Shown here in pieces: positions 46,219 through 54,720 of a DNA stretch of 64,000 bases (position 1 is its first letter; every line of letters begins with the position of its first letter). A program made the translations under genes and the position numbers. The stretch covers positions 4,473 through 68,472 of the forward strand of contig DATKYQ010000044.1 in NCBI GenBank assembly GCA_035528415.1, written 5' to 3'. This DNA is from Myxococcota bacterium. Its GTDB lineage: Bacteria > Myxococcota > B64-G9. A model generated the notes under the pieces. The model was not told the origin of the DNA. It saw only the letters and a list, made by a program, of their open reading frames with translations, and searched no databases.

Positions 46219-46302
46219 ACTTAGATTGTTCTACAGGAAAGACGGGAGGTCGCCATGGCTGGCATAAAAAACCATTCTGGCCTGCCCGAATTGCATCGCC
46301 CG

Positions 46303-47748
46303 TCAGTTCCCCTTCTGGCCGGCAGACTGGCCGGTGGCGATGGCCACCGAGGCCGAGGCGCCGATACGCGTGGCGCCGGCCGCCACCATGGCCTCGGCCG
46401 TCTGACGATCCTTGATGCCTCCCGAGGCCTTGACGCCCATCTCGGGCCCGACCGTCTCGCGCATCAGGGCAATGTCCTCGACTGTGGCCCCGCCCCCGCC
46501 GAAGCCGGTCGAGGTCTTTACGAAATTCGCCCCGGCCATCTTGGCCAGCAGGCAGGCCTTGACGATCTCCTCCTTGGCGAGCAGGGCGGTCTCGAGGATC
46601 ACCTTGACCAGCGCCTGGCCGCGGGAGGCGTTGACGACTCCCTCGATGTCCCGGCGCACCAGTTCGTCGTCACCCGATTTCAGGGCCCCGACGTTGATGA
46701 CCATGTCGATCTCTCTGGCCCCGTTGGCGATGGCGTCGCGTGTCTCCATGGCCTTGGACGTCGGTGTCGTCGCGCCCAGCGGAAAGCCGATCACTGTGCA
46801 AACCTTGACGTCGCTGCCGGCCAGCAACCGGGCGCACAAGGCCACCCGACCGGGATTGACGCACACCGAGGCGAAGTGGAACTGCCTGGCCTCGGCGCAC
46901 AATTTATGAAACTGATCTTCGGTGGCGTCCGGCTTGAGCAGGGTGTGATCGATCATGCGGCTGATGTCGCCTGAGACAGGCTGCGCCCCAATCGAGGATC
47001 CAACACGCGCGGCGCCGCCTTCTACCAGCTTGCTGACCGCCTCTGGGTTGTTCTCGATGCACAGCCCGCAAGAGCTGCACTCGCCGATGGTCGCCAGCGT
47101 GCAAGCCGGGTTGGGCTTTTGCTCGCCCGTAACGGGATCGACGATTGTTCCCGGGCCGGTCATTTTATCGACGTCGCACAGGCACACGCCCAGCGCCGCA
47201 AGCTGTTTCTCGATGTCGGCGATCTTTTGCCTGACGGCGGCCGGCGCCGCGGCCGGCTCGATCTCGGCGGCAAACAGCGAGTCACGCGCGGCCACCACCG
47301 TGATTCCGCGCATCAGTCCATAGATTGCCAAGATGCAAACCAGGCTGTCGGGCAGCATGGTCAGCAGCTTCGAAGCTGCGTTGAGCGACATGTTCGGCAG
47401 GTAGATTACACCGACGCCGTCGAGCAACTTCCAGACGTCGCCCTCGGTGAGAACCTCGGCTTCGGGGGCGGCCCGGCGTACGGCCGGCACGCCGACAATC
47501 TTCTGCGCCGAGGAAGAGAGAACCACCTTGCAGTCCTCGCAGCAGTCGCAGATCTTGCCTACTTGCGAAAGCGCCTCTGTGAGCCTGCGGTTGCCGCCGG
47601 TGAGCAGGACCAGCACGCGTTTGCCCTTGGGCGTCGCGGGCGGTATCCAGCCGCTGTCCATTCTCTTCTCGCCTTCCGTGGACGGGGACGGCCCCAGCCG
47701 TTTGATCACTTCCGCGGATATCCTGCGAACCAGATCGTCGGAATCCAT
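46303..47748 (-). CDS. deoC: Fusion protein: N-terminal Cys-rich domain of unknown function with putative encapsulation peptide + C-terminal deoxyribose-phosphate aldolase
   Basis: C-terminal half has DERA landmarks ([28 protein letters not shown] with Schiff-base Lys, VKASGGI); N-terminal 250 aa start with the amphipathic [15 protein letters not shown] and contain CDCCEDC and CSSCGLC. Confidence 0.8.
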   Translation of the reverse strand: MDSDDLVRRISAEVIKRLGPSPSTEGEKRMDSGWIPPATPKGKRVLVLLTGGNRRLTEALSQVGKICDCCEDCKVVLSSSAQKIVGVPAVRRAAPEAEVLTEGDVWKLLDGVGVIYLPNMSLNAASKLLTMLPDSLVCILAIYGLMRGITVVAARDSLFAAEIEPAAAPAAVRQKIADIEKQLAALGVCLCDVDKMTGPGTIVDPVTGEQKPNPACTLATIGECSSCGLCIENNPEAVSKLVEGGAARVGSSIGAQPVSGDISRMIDHTLLKPDATEDQFHKLCAEARQFHFASVCVNPGRVALCARLLAGSDVKVCTVIGFPLGATTPTSKAMETRDAIANGAREIDMVINVGALKSGDDELVRRDIEGVVNASRGQALVKVILETALLAKEEIVKACLLAKMAGANFVKTSTGFGGGGATVEDIALMRETVGPEMGVKASGGIKDRQTAEAMVAAGATRIGASASVAIATGQSAGQKGN

Positions 47749-47889
47749 AGGTGTCCTCCACTACGGGCGGACCCGGGGCGTTCCCGGGCCCGGGCTCCGC
47801 ATGGGACGAAGTTATCCCAGGCTCGGCCGTAACCCTCACACTGCGAGGGCCGCTGAGAAACGCGGAAACCACGGCACGAGCGGCGCCGA
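47749..47889. promoter_or_regulatory. GC-rich palindromic intergenic segment between the BMC-H stop and the deoC-fusion start
   Basis: Nested GC palindromes (cccggg, cgggcccg) able to form a stable RNA stem-loop on the minus-strand transcript; no trailing U-tract, so not a canonical intrinsic terminator. Confidence 0.25.
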
Positions 47890-48177
47890 TTACTTGCCGG
47901 CGGTCTTGGGCAGGATGCCTTCCACGTCGCCGTGCGGACGCGGGATGACATGCACCGACACCAACTCGCCGACCTTCTTGGCCGCCACCGCGCCGGCTTC
48001 CACCGCGGCCTTGACCGCGCCGACGTCGCCGCGCACCATGACGGTCACGAACCCGCCGCCGATGAACTCCTTGCCTACCAGGGACACCTTAGCTGCCTTG
48101 ACCATTGCGTCGGCCGCCTCGATTGCGCCCACCAAGCCTTTGGTCTCGATCATTCCCAGCGCTTCTTTCGACTCCAC
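47890..48177 (-). CDS. BMC shell hexamer protein (BMC-H, PduA/EutM/CcmK family)
   Basis: 95 aa; GTG start; canonical Pfam00936 sequence [26 protein letters not shown] ... VHVIPRPH. Confidence 0.95.
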   Translation of the reverse strand: MESKEALGMIETKGLVGAIEAADAMVKAAKVSLVGKEFIGGGFVTVMVRGDVGAVKAAVEAGAVAAKKVGELVSVHVIPRPHGDVEGILPKTAGK

Positions 48178-48199
48178 GTCAAACCTCCGTCTGTTGAAC

Positions 48200-48502
48200 T
48201 TAGGGATTCCAGATCTTCACACGGCCGCCGGGTTCTTCCTCGACGGCCAACTCATCCACGTATCCAACTATGGTCGCATCCACCGGGGGCTTGTCGCCTA
48301 AAGCGATGGCCGCGTCCCTCTTCATGACCAGGTAAACCACATCGCCGGGCCCGGCGCAACGAATCCCGTCGACTGCGACGAACGCTTCGCCCGAGGGCCG
48401 CAGGTTTTGGTCGAGCCCCTGAACGACCAGAAGCCTGAGACCCTCGAGTTCGGGGTCCTTGATCGTCGCCACTACGCGCCCGATGACTTTTCCCAAGCGC
48501 AT
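48200..48502 (-). CDS. BMC vertex pentamer protein (BMC-P, EutN/PduN/CcmL family), copy 1
   Basis: 100 aa from ATG 48502: [28 protein letters not shown] ... [10 protein letters not shown]; the track ORF start at 48712 overlaps rpiB and is rejected. Confidence 0.9.
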   Translation of the reverse strand: MRLGKVIGRVVATIKDPELEGLRLLVVQGLDQNLRPSGEAFVAVDGIRCAGPGDVVYLVMKRDAAIALGDKPPVDATIVGYVDELAVEEEPGGRVKIWNP

Positions 48503-48509
48503 ACCTTGC

Positions 48510-48977
48510 CTACCCTTCCCGAACGCGATTCTCGACCGCGGTGATCTTGTCGAGCCTTTGCTGGTGCCGTCCACCGGCATAGTCGGTCTCAAGCCAGAGC
48601 TTGGCCAGATCCTTGGCCAGGCCCGGGCCGAGAACTTGTCCGCCCAGGCAGAGCACGTTGGCGTCGTTGTGCACCCGGCTGCTCTTGACACCGAAGGCAT
48701 CGTATCCGGCAATCGCCCTGATACCCGGCAGCTTGTTGGCCACGATGGCGCTGGCCTGCCCTATGCCGTCAATCATGATGCCCCGGCAATCCGCGGAAAC
48801 CCGCGAAGCTCCGGCCACGGCCTGCGCCACCAAAAAGGCGAAATCGGGATAATCGCAAGCATCCTTCCCGTGACAGCCGAAGTCGCGCACCTCGTGCCCA
48901 AGTTCCACCAGAAATGTCTTCAGCGACTCTTTCAGTTGGTAGCCACCGTGGTCGCTGCCGATAAAAATCTTCATCAC
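48510..48977 (-). CDS. rpiB: Ribose-5-phosphate isomerase B (RpiB/LacAB family)
   Basis: MMKIFIGSDHGGYQLKESL ... GIMIDGIGQASAIVANK ... NDANVLCLGG landmarks; 155 aa. Confidence 0.9.
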   Translation of the reverse strand: MMKIFIGSDHGGYQLKESLKTFLVELGHEVRDFGCHGKDACDYPDFAFLVAQAVAGASRVSADCRGIMIDGIGQASAIVANKLPGIRAIAGYDAFGVKSSRVHNDANVLCLGGQVLGPGLAKDLAKLWLETDYAGGRHQQRLDKITAVENRVREG

Positions 48978-49843
48978 GCCTTCTCCCGGGCCGTAATGGC
49001 GATGATTTCACTCAACGCTTCGGGATTCAAGCCCGCTCCTCCCACCAGGAAACCGTCGCAGTCCGGCATTCGCGCAAGATCCCCGGCGCTGCCGACACCG
49101 ACGCTGCCCCCGTAGAGCAGGCGCGACCGTTCGGCCCAGGCATGTGAAAACAACTCGCCCAACCTGTCGCGGATGAAAACCAGGGCCTCCTGGACCTGGG
49201 AGGGCGAGGCGACCAGTCCGCTGCCGATGGCCCAGATCGGCTCGTAGGCCACTACGATCTCCTGCGGATCGGGTGCCGGCTGCCCCAGCCCGGAAAGCGC
49301 CAGCGTGAGCTGGGCGCGCAGCACGCGGAAGGTCGCGCCCCGCTCGCGCTCTTCAAGCCGCTCGCCGACGCACAGAACAGGAGTCAGGCCTGCGGACAGC
49401 GCGGCGAGCAGCTTGCGGCGCACCAGTTCGTCGTCCTCGCCGGCCGCCCGGCGCTCGGAATGTCCCACGATCACGTAGCTCGCGCCGGCATCCTTTATCA
49501 TCTCGGCGCTGTGCTCCCCTGTATGCGCGCCGGAGTGTTCCGGGTGCAGATCCTGGGCGCCCAGGCTGACATGCGTGCCGTTGGAGAGCGCGCCGCGCAA
49601 CACCGGCAGCAGCACCAGCGGCGGGCACAACAGCGTGTCCACTCCGCTGTCCGCGTGAGGATTCAGTTTGGCCGCGTAGCGCCGCGCGTCCTCGGCCAGC
49701 AAGTTCATTTTCCAGTTGGCGGCGATCAGCGGCCGGCGACCGCCGCTGGCGGATAACCGATGTATATCTGCATCGCCCGCGGCCATGGTCTCGTAGACCA
49801 CCTGGCGCACCACCCGTTCCACTCTGTCCCGCAGGTCGCTCAC
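48974..49843 (-). CDS. tpiA: Triosephosphate isomerase with N-terminal extension of about 30 aa (candidate encapsulation peptide)
   Basis: IAANWKMN, VIVGHSERR, AYEPIWAIGSG, GGSV TIM landmarks; GTG at 49843 (GGGGAGGG RBS 9 nt upstream; overlaps the upstream BMC-P stop as GTGA) gives MSDLRDRVERVVRQVVYETMAAGDADIHRLSASGGRRPL before the IAANWKMN core; alternative start is the internal ATG around 49786. Confidence 0.8.
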   Translation of the reverse strand: MSDLRDRVERVVRQVVYETMAAGDADIHRLSASGGRRPLIAANWKMNLLAEDARRYAAKLNPHADSGVDTLLCPPLVLLPVLRGALSNGTHVSLGAQDLHPEHSGAHTGEHSAEMIKDAGASYVIVGHSERRAAGEDDELVRRKLLAALSAGLTPVLCVGERLEERERGATFRVLRAQLTLALSGLGQPAPDPQEIVVAYEPIWAIGSGLVASPSQVQEALVFIRDRLGELFSHAWAERSRLLYGGSVGVGSAGDLARMPDCDGFLVGGAGLNPEALSEIIAITAREKA

Positions 49844-50157
49844 TTGTGTGCACCCTCCCCGGCCGGCGCCTCGAGCGCCAGGCGTTCGCCGCGCACCCGG
49901 ACCTGATCGATCACCCCAACGATGATCGCTTCGCAAGGCGCGCTATCGCTGCCGAGCACCTGCCGGGCGCTCTTGCCTTCCTCGACCACCAGGACGTAGT
50001 CACCAACGCCCGCCTGGGCGGCGTCGATGGCGATAAAAGCAGGATCGGTCTGCCGCCCCTTGCTGTCGATCGGGCCGACGAACATCAGCTTACAGCCGAC
50101 ATGATCCGGATGCTTGACTGTCGCAACCAGCGACCCGATGACCCTCGCGATTTTCAA
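49840..50157 (-). CDS. BMC vertex pentamer protein (BMC-P), copy 2
   Basis: 105 aa: MKIARVIGSLVATVKHPDHVGCKLMFVG ... AIIVGVIDQV. Confidence 0.9.
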   Translation of the reverse strand: MKIARVIGSLVATVKHPDHVGCKLMFVGPIDSKGRQTDPAFIAIDAAQAGVGDYVLVVEEGKSARQVLGSDSAPCEAIIVGVIDQVRVRGERLALEAPAGEGAHK

Positions 50158-50186
50158 GTCAATCTCCTTATCCGTCCATCAGGCGA

Positions 50187-50750
50187 TCACAACAACTTCG
50201 CAACCAGGTCGGGATGCGGGGCCGGGATCACGGTCGTAGCCAACAGCAAGCCGTGATCGCGGGCCGCACGCTGTCCGGCCTCGACGGCCGCCCTGACGGC
50301 GGATACCTCGCCGGTCAGCAGCACATAGCCCTTGCCTCCCAGTGCCCGGGCCAGACGGATCTCGAGCAAGTCGACCCGGGCGCTCTTGACCGCCTGGTCG
50401 CCGGCGATGATCGCCGCAGCCAGCGAAAAAGTCTCGATCACTCCCAGGGCGGCGATGCCGGCCGGCACGGTCGTAGCGCTGAAGGCATCGAGTACCTGCG
50501 GATGAACGTTGGGAATGACGATCTCGTCCACTAAGCTGTCTCTGGCCTCGGTCTTCCCGGCCGCGACCGCGGCCTGCGTATCGGCCACCGCTCCACCGAT
50601 GATTGTCAGGTACTTGCCCGGGCAGACCGGGCTGGAAAACAGCAGACGCACCCGGGCGGCCTTGAGCATGGCATCAGCCGCCCGGATTCCCGTGACCACG
50701 CTGCTGGTCTCGACACAACCAATCGCCTGCTCATTTTTTTTCTCGACCAC
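50187..50750 (-). CDS. BMC tandem-domain shell protein (BMC-T, PduT-like)
   Basis: 187 aa with two BMC domains (AIGCVETSSVVTGIRAADAMLKAARV and ALGVIETFSLAAAIIAGDQAVKSARV). Confidence 0.85.
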   Translation of the reverse strand: MVEKKNEQAIGCVETSSVVTGIRAADAMLKAARVRLLFSSPVCPGKYLTIIGGAVADTQAAVAAGKTEARDSLVDEIVIPNVHPQVLDAFSATTVPAGIAALGVIETFSLAAAIIAGDQAVKSARVDLLEIRLARALGGKGYVLLTGEVSAVRAAVEAGQRAARDHGLLLATTVIPAPHPDLVAKLL

Positions 50751-50753
50751 GGT

Positions 50754-52106
50754 TTACTCCACGTCGATGGTGACGGCCGTCGGACTGACTTCGGCCACCC
50801 GTCCGGCAAGGCCGGTGTGTACGCATGCGCCCAGAGCGTCCCCGGGGACCTCTCCCAACAGCTCTCCGGCCGCTACATTCTGGCCGGCTTCTACCACGGC
50901 CTGTGCCGGCTGGCCGGCATGTTGCTTCAACGGTATGGTCAGGCGCGTCAGCTCGATTTCAAATGCAGCCCGGGGCGCCGGGCGATCGTAGGCGTCTAGG
51001 CCCAGGCGGGCAATCAGGCGTTTGGAAGGCACCCTGCGTAACGGACTGAATTCGCGTTCCGCCGATGTCACCGCCGGCTGCGGGCGAGGCATCCCGGCTT
51101 CCGTAAGTCGCCCTACAAACTCTTTGTTCATGGCGCACGGGTCGAGATTCATCACACAACCATAGGCCGTACATAACCCGCAGCCTGAGCAGAGAAAGGC
51201 CCCCGTGTAAGCCTGCAGATCCTCGCTCACGCTCGCGGCCAGGTTACGCATCAGTCGGTCGGGATAGAGCCGGTGGCCAAGCAAGTTGCGCGGGCAAATT
51301 TCGGTGCACAGCATGCACTTCAGACAAGCCGAGCGCGCCAGGTGAATTTGGCGCTCGACTGTCCGCCGTCGACGTGTGACCTGCGGGTGATCCGCGGGAA
51401 GCACGAGCATAAGGCTTGTGGTCTTGGTTACTACTGAGGAACTCTCGTCCACGATCGAACCCATCATCGGCCCGCCGGAAATGACTACTGCCGATTCGCA
51501 GGCTGCTCCCCCGGCCGCTTCCAGCAGAGCCGACAAGGGAGTTCCAAGCGGCACGCGGAAGGTGGCCGGGCTCCCGACCGCGCCCGCCAGGCTGACGTAG
51601 CGGTGCGTGACAGGCTGCCGGCCGTCGACGGCCGCGGCCACATCGATCAGGGTAGAGACATTCGACACCACGGCGCCCACCGCGAGCGGCAGGCCGAACT
51701 CGGGAATTACACGATCGAGCACCTCGCGTACCAGCACAAACTCGTCCCCGGCCGGGTAAAAGTCATCCAGCAGGCGCAACTCAATCTTCTCGCCAATATT
51801 GCCGAGTTTGATTGCCTCGCCGAGCGCATCGATCGCTGGGGCGTATTTTTTCTTGAGCGCCACGATCCCGCGCCGGGCACCGGTGATCTCCATGGCGATC
51901 TGCAGCCCGCGCAGCACCTCGCGGGGCTTCGAGGCCATGCGCTGCTGGTCGACCCGCGCCAGCGGCTCACACTCGGCCCCGTTACCGATGACTACCTCCA
52001 CCTGCGCTGCATACTTGACATGGGTGGGGAAACCCCCGCCTCCGGCGCCGACCACGCCGGCCGTGCGAATTCTTTCGAGCCACTCTTTTACAGAACCATG
52101 GACCAA
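50754..52106 (-). CDS. PduS-like RnfC/NuoF-family Fe-S flavoprotein (BMC-associated oxidoreductase)
   Basis: GAGGGGFPTHVK nucleotide-binding N-terminus; SLBB-like region; two 4Fe-4S motifs CLKCMLCTEICP and CSGCGLCTAYGC; 450 aa. Confidence 0.8.
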   Translation of the reverse strand: MVHGSVKEWLERIRTAGVVGAGGGGFPTHVKYAAQVEVVIGNGAECEPLARVDQQRMASKPREVLRGLQIAMEITGARRGIVALKKKYAPAIDALGEAIKLGNIGEKIELRLLDDFYPAGDEFVLVREVLDRVIPEFGLPLAVGAVVSNVSTLIDVAAAVDGRQPVTHRYVSLAGAVGSPATFRVPLGTPLSALLEAAGGAACESAVVISGGPMMGSIVDESSSVVTKTTSLMLVLPADHPQVTRRRRTVERQIHLARSACLKCMLCTEICPRNLLGHRLYPDRLMRNLAASVSEDLQAYTGAFLCSGCGLCTAYGCVMNLDPCAMNKEFVGRLTEAGMPRPQPAVTSAEREFSPLRRVPSKRLIARLGLDAYDRPAPRAAFEIELTRLTIPLKQHAGQPAQAVVEAGQNVAAGELLGEVPGDALGACVHTGLAGRVAEVSPTAVTIDVE

Positions 52107-52117
52107 GCCAGCTCCTC

Positions 52118-53587
52118 TCAGACGATCCTGAAGGCCCCGGCCAGCACGCAGCGGCGCTGCCTGGTGAACGTGCGCGCCGAGGTCAGGCCCTCGCCGGTGG
52201 GGCCGGCGATGCTCAGCGTGGTAAAACCCTCGCCGCCGAATCCCAGCCCGGCGTAGGAGGGAGCGTTCTTGACGAAGATGGTGGTCTCGATCTCGCGGGC
52301 CACCAGGCTCATGTTGCTGACGCTCTCCGAGTGCATCATTGCCGAGTGCCGGTTGCCATGCTCGGCCTGCTTGGCCTTGGCAAGCGCAGTGGTGAGATCG
52401 GGCACTGCAACGATCGGCAGGATAGGCATCAGCATCTCGGCCTGCACCAGGGGATGCTCGAAGGGCACCCGGCAGATCACCAGGCGCGTATCGGGACCGG
52501 CCGTGAGGCCGATCTGATCCAGCAAGACCGAGGCGTCTTTGCCGACGAACTTCTTGTTGGGGTGCGGGTGAGGCCGGCCGGGCTCGACCAGCACCGAGGT
52601 GATCTTATCGACATCGTCGCCCGAGATCAGACGCGCTCCATAGGTAATCATCTCATCGATCAACCTGTCGGCGACGTTTTCTAAAACCAGCACCTCTTTC
52701 TCGGCCGTGCACAGGACGTTGTTGTCGAACGATGCCCCGTCGACGATACAGCGGGCGGCCTTGCGGATATCGGCGGTGTCGTCGACGATAACCGGCGGGT
52801 TTCCCGGTCCGGCCGCGACCGCCTTCTTGCCGCAGGTCATGGCCAGCCTGACCACCTCGCCCCCACCGGTGACCATCAATAACCGGATGCCGGGATGCAT
52901 CATGATCGCCTGCGATGTCTCCAGGCTGGGCTGGGCGATAGAACACAGCAGCGTCTCGGGACCGCCGGCAGCATGGATGGCCTTGTTCAGAAGACTCACG
53001 GCCTCGTTGCTCACCCCCTTGGCCAGCGGGTGAGGATTGAAGACCACCGCGTTGCCGGCCGCCACCATCGAGATGCCGTTGTTGATCACGGTGGCCACCG
53101 GGTTTGTGCAAGGGGTAACGGCGGCGACGACACCGTAGGGCGCCGGCTCAACAAGCGTCAAGCCGTCGTCGCCCGTGTAACACATCGGCGTCAGGTCTTC
53201 CACTCCCGGTGTCTTGCGGGCCGCCAGCAGGTTCTTCTGCACCTTGTGCTCGGCGCGCCCGAAACCCGTCTCGGCCACAGTCTTGCGCGCCAGGTCCTCG
53301 GCCATCTCGATGCCCGCCTGCCGCATAGCCTTGATGAACACCCGGCGGCGTTCGAGAGACACGCCCGAGAATGCCTGGTAGGCGGCCCCGGCGGCGGCGA
53401 TGGCCTCTTCCATCGTCTCGAAGACGCCATTCGCAGTTGACCCGCCATTTTGCGCGCCGGCCCGCGGCTCGCAAATAAGTGACCGCGGACGTGGTTCTGC
53501 AACAGGCTGCGAATCGCCGTTCGTCACTCGCCTGACGATCTCGGTCACCAGCCGCTCGATCTCTTTTTCGTTCACCGGAATGGTCAT
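52118..53587 (-). CDS. CoA-acylating aldehyde dehydrogenase (PduP/EutE family) with N-terminal encapsulation peptide
   Basis: N-terminal amphipathic EKEIERLVTEIVRRV; ALDH superfamily body with catalytic Cys region NNVLCTAEKE; 489 aa. Confidence 0.9.
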   Translation of the reverse strand: MTIPVNEKEIERLVTEIVRRVTNGDSQPVAEPRPRSLICEPRAGAQNGGSTANGVFETMEEAIAAAGAAYQAFSGVSLERRRVFIKAMRQAGIEMAEDLARKTVAETGFGRAEHKVQKNLLAARKTPGVEDLTPMCYTGDDGLTLVEPAPYGVVAAVTPCTNPVATVINNGISMVAAGNAVVFNPHPLAKGVSNEAVSLLNKAIHAAGGPETLLCSIAQPSLETSQAIMMHPGIRLLMVTGGGEVVRLAMTCGKKAVAAGPGNPPVIVDDTADIRKAARCIVDGASFDNNVLCTAEKEVLVLENVADRLIDEMITYGARLISGDDVDKITSVLVEPGRPHPHPNKKFVGKDASVLLDQIGLTAGPDTRLVICRVPFEHPLVQAEMLMPILPIVAVPDLTTALAKAKQAEHGNRHSAMMHSESVSNMSLVAREIETTIFVKNAPSYAGLGFGGEGFTTLSIAGPTGEGLTSARTFTRQRRCVLAGAFRIV

Positions 53588-53600
53588 GAACTCAACCTCG

Positions 53601-53891
53601 TTACTTGGCGAAAGTCTGCCGCCCGCCGATGTCGATAAAATCTACTATGGCCACAATGGTCGCGTCGACCGGCGAATCATGGGTGGTGTCGGTCAGCCTC
53701 GACGATGAGCCCTGAACCACCAGCACTATCTCGTCCTCGCCGGCCCCGACTGAATCCACGGCTACCAGTTGTTTGCCGCTGGCTTCCTGTTTCTCGAAAT
53801 CGACCGGATCGACGACCAGCAGCTTGGTTCCGGAAAGCTTCTCGGATTTCCGTGTGCTGACTACGTTTCCTACAACTCGCGCAAGAAACAT
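53601..53891 (-). CDS. BMC vertex pentamer protein (BMC-P), copy 3
   Basis: 96 aa: MFLARVVGNVVSTRKSEKLSGTKLLVVD ... ATIVAIVDFI. Confidence 0.9.
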   Translation of the reverse strand: MFLARVVGNVVSTRKSEKLSGTKLLVVDPVDFEKQEASGKQLVAVDSVGAGEDEIVLVVQGSSSRLTDTTHDSPVDATIVAIVDFIDIGGRQTFAK

Positions 53892-53935
53892 GTTTCGTGC
53901 TCCTTTCGGTCAATATGTCGACCCGCAGTCGTTCA

Positions 53936-54703
53936 TCACACATCCAGCTTGACGATCTCAATGCCGAGATCGCGCGCCCGGCTTTCCGCCATAGGCGTCA
54001 CGATGGTGCCCGCGGGCAGCGTAAGTTGGCGTTCACCCGCCCGCGCCAGTTGTTCTACGTCGTCCTCCGTCACAAGCCCGTCGAAAGAGCGGGCCCGCGT
54101 GGTACCGGACGTCCCGATGTGTTCGATCAGCCCCGCTATATCGGCCGCGGCTACAGGCTGCAACCCCAGCGTGTCCAGGTCACGCAAAATGCTTGCGGCC
54201 TCGGCCCCCGTCTGACCCCGTGCGCCCAACCCGGACGGTCGCAGATCGTCCGTGACCAGGGCCACGCGCCGCCCGGCCAGAAGAGCCTGACTGACCAGCC
54301 TGACGAAGGGCTGCCCATCGCGCCTGTCAATCAGCGCCCGGGCGTGCTCGAAGCCGATACTGCCCACCAGCACCAGGTCATCGCGGCCGATCTCGCCAAG
54401 CGCATAGCTTAAGTCCGCCTCCGAAAAAGCGGAGATATCGCCGCCCAACTTCCCGCGCAAGCCCCCGCTATCGATGTCGCCGAGCAGGGCTGACTCACAG
54501 AGTACCCTCACGCGCGCGCCGCCTGCGACCAGGGGTGCCAGTTGGTCTGCCAGGATCCCGAGGTTTGCCGAGGCCACTGGCAACACCACGAGGATTCGCG
54601 GTGCGTGGCCCGCTGGGGGCAAACTCGCGGGGGACCCCAAGCGCGCCAGAACACGTCCGGTGATTTCCTCAATCAGGCGCTCGATTTCCTTGTCGTCTGC
54701 CAT
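53936..54703 (-). CDS. BMC-associated protein of unknown function with N-terminal encapsulation peptide
   Basis: N-terminus MADDKEIERLIEEITGRVLARL nearly repeats the aldehyde dehydrogenase EP (KEIERL); 255 aa; C-terminal TEDDVEQLARAGERQLTLPAGTIVTPMAESRARDLGIEIV block; no confident family assignment. Confidence 0.6.
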   Translation of the reverse strand: MADDKEIERLIEEITGRVLARLGSPASLPPAGHAPRILVVLPVASANLGILADQLAPLVAGGARVRVLCESALLGDIDSGGLRGKLGGDISAFSEADLSYALGEIGRDDLVLVGSIGFEHARALIDRRDGQPFVRLVSQALLAGRRVALVTDDLRPSGLGARGQTGAEAASILRDLDTLGLQPVAAADIAGLIEHIGTSGTTRARSFDGLVTEDDVEQLARAGERQLTLPAGTIVTPMAESRARDLGIEIVKLDV

Positions 54704-54720
54704 GCGTACAATTGTCCCGT

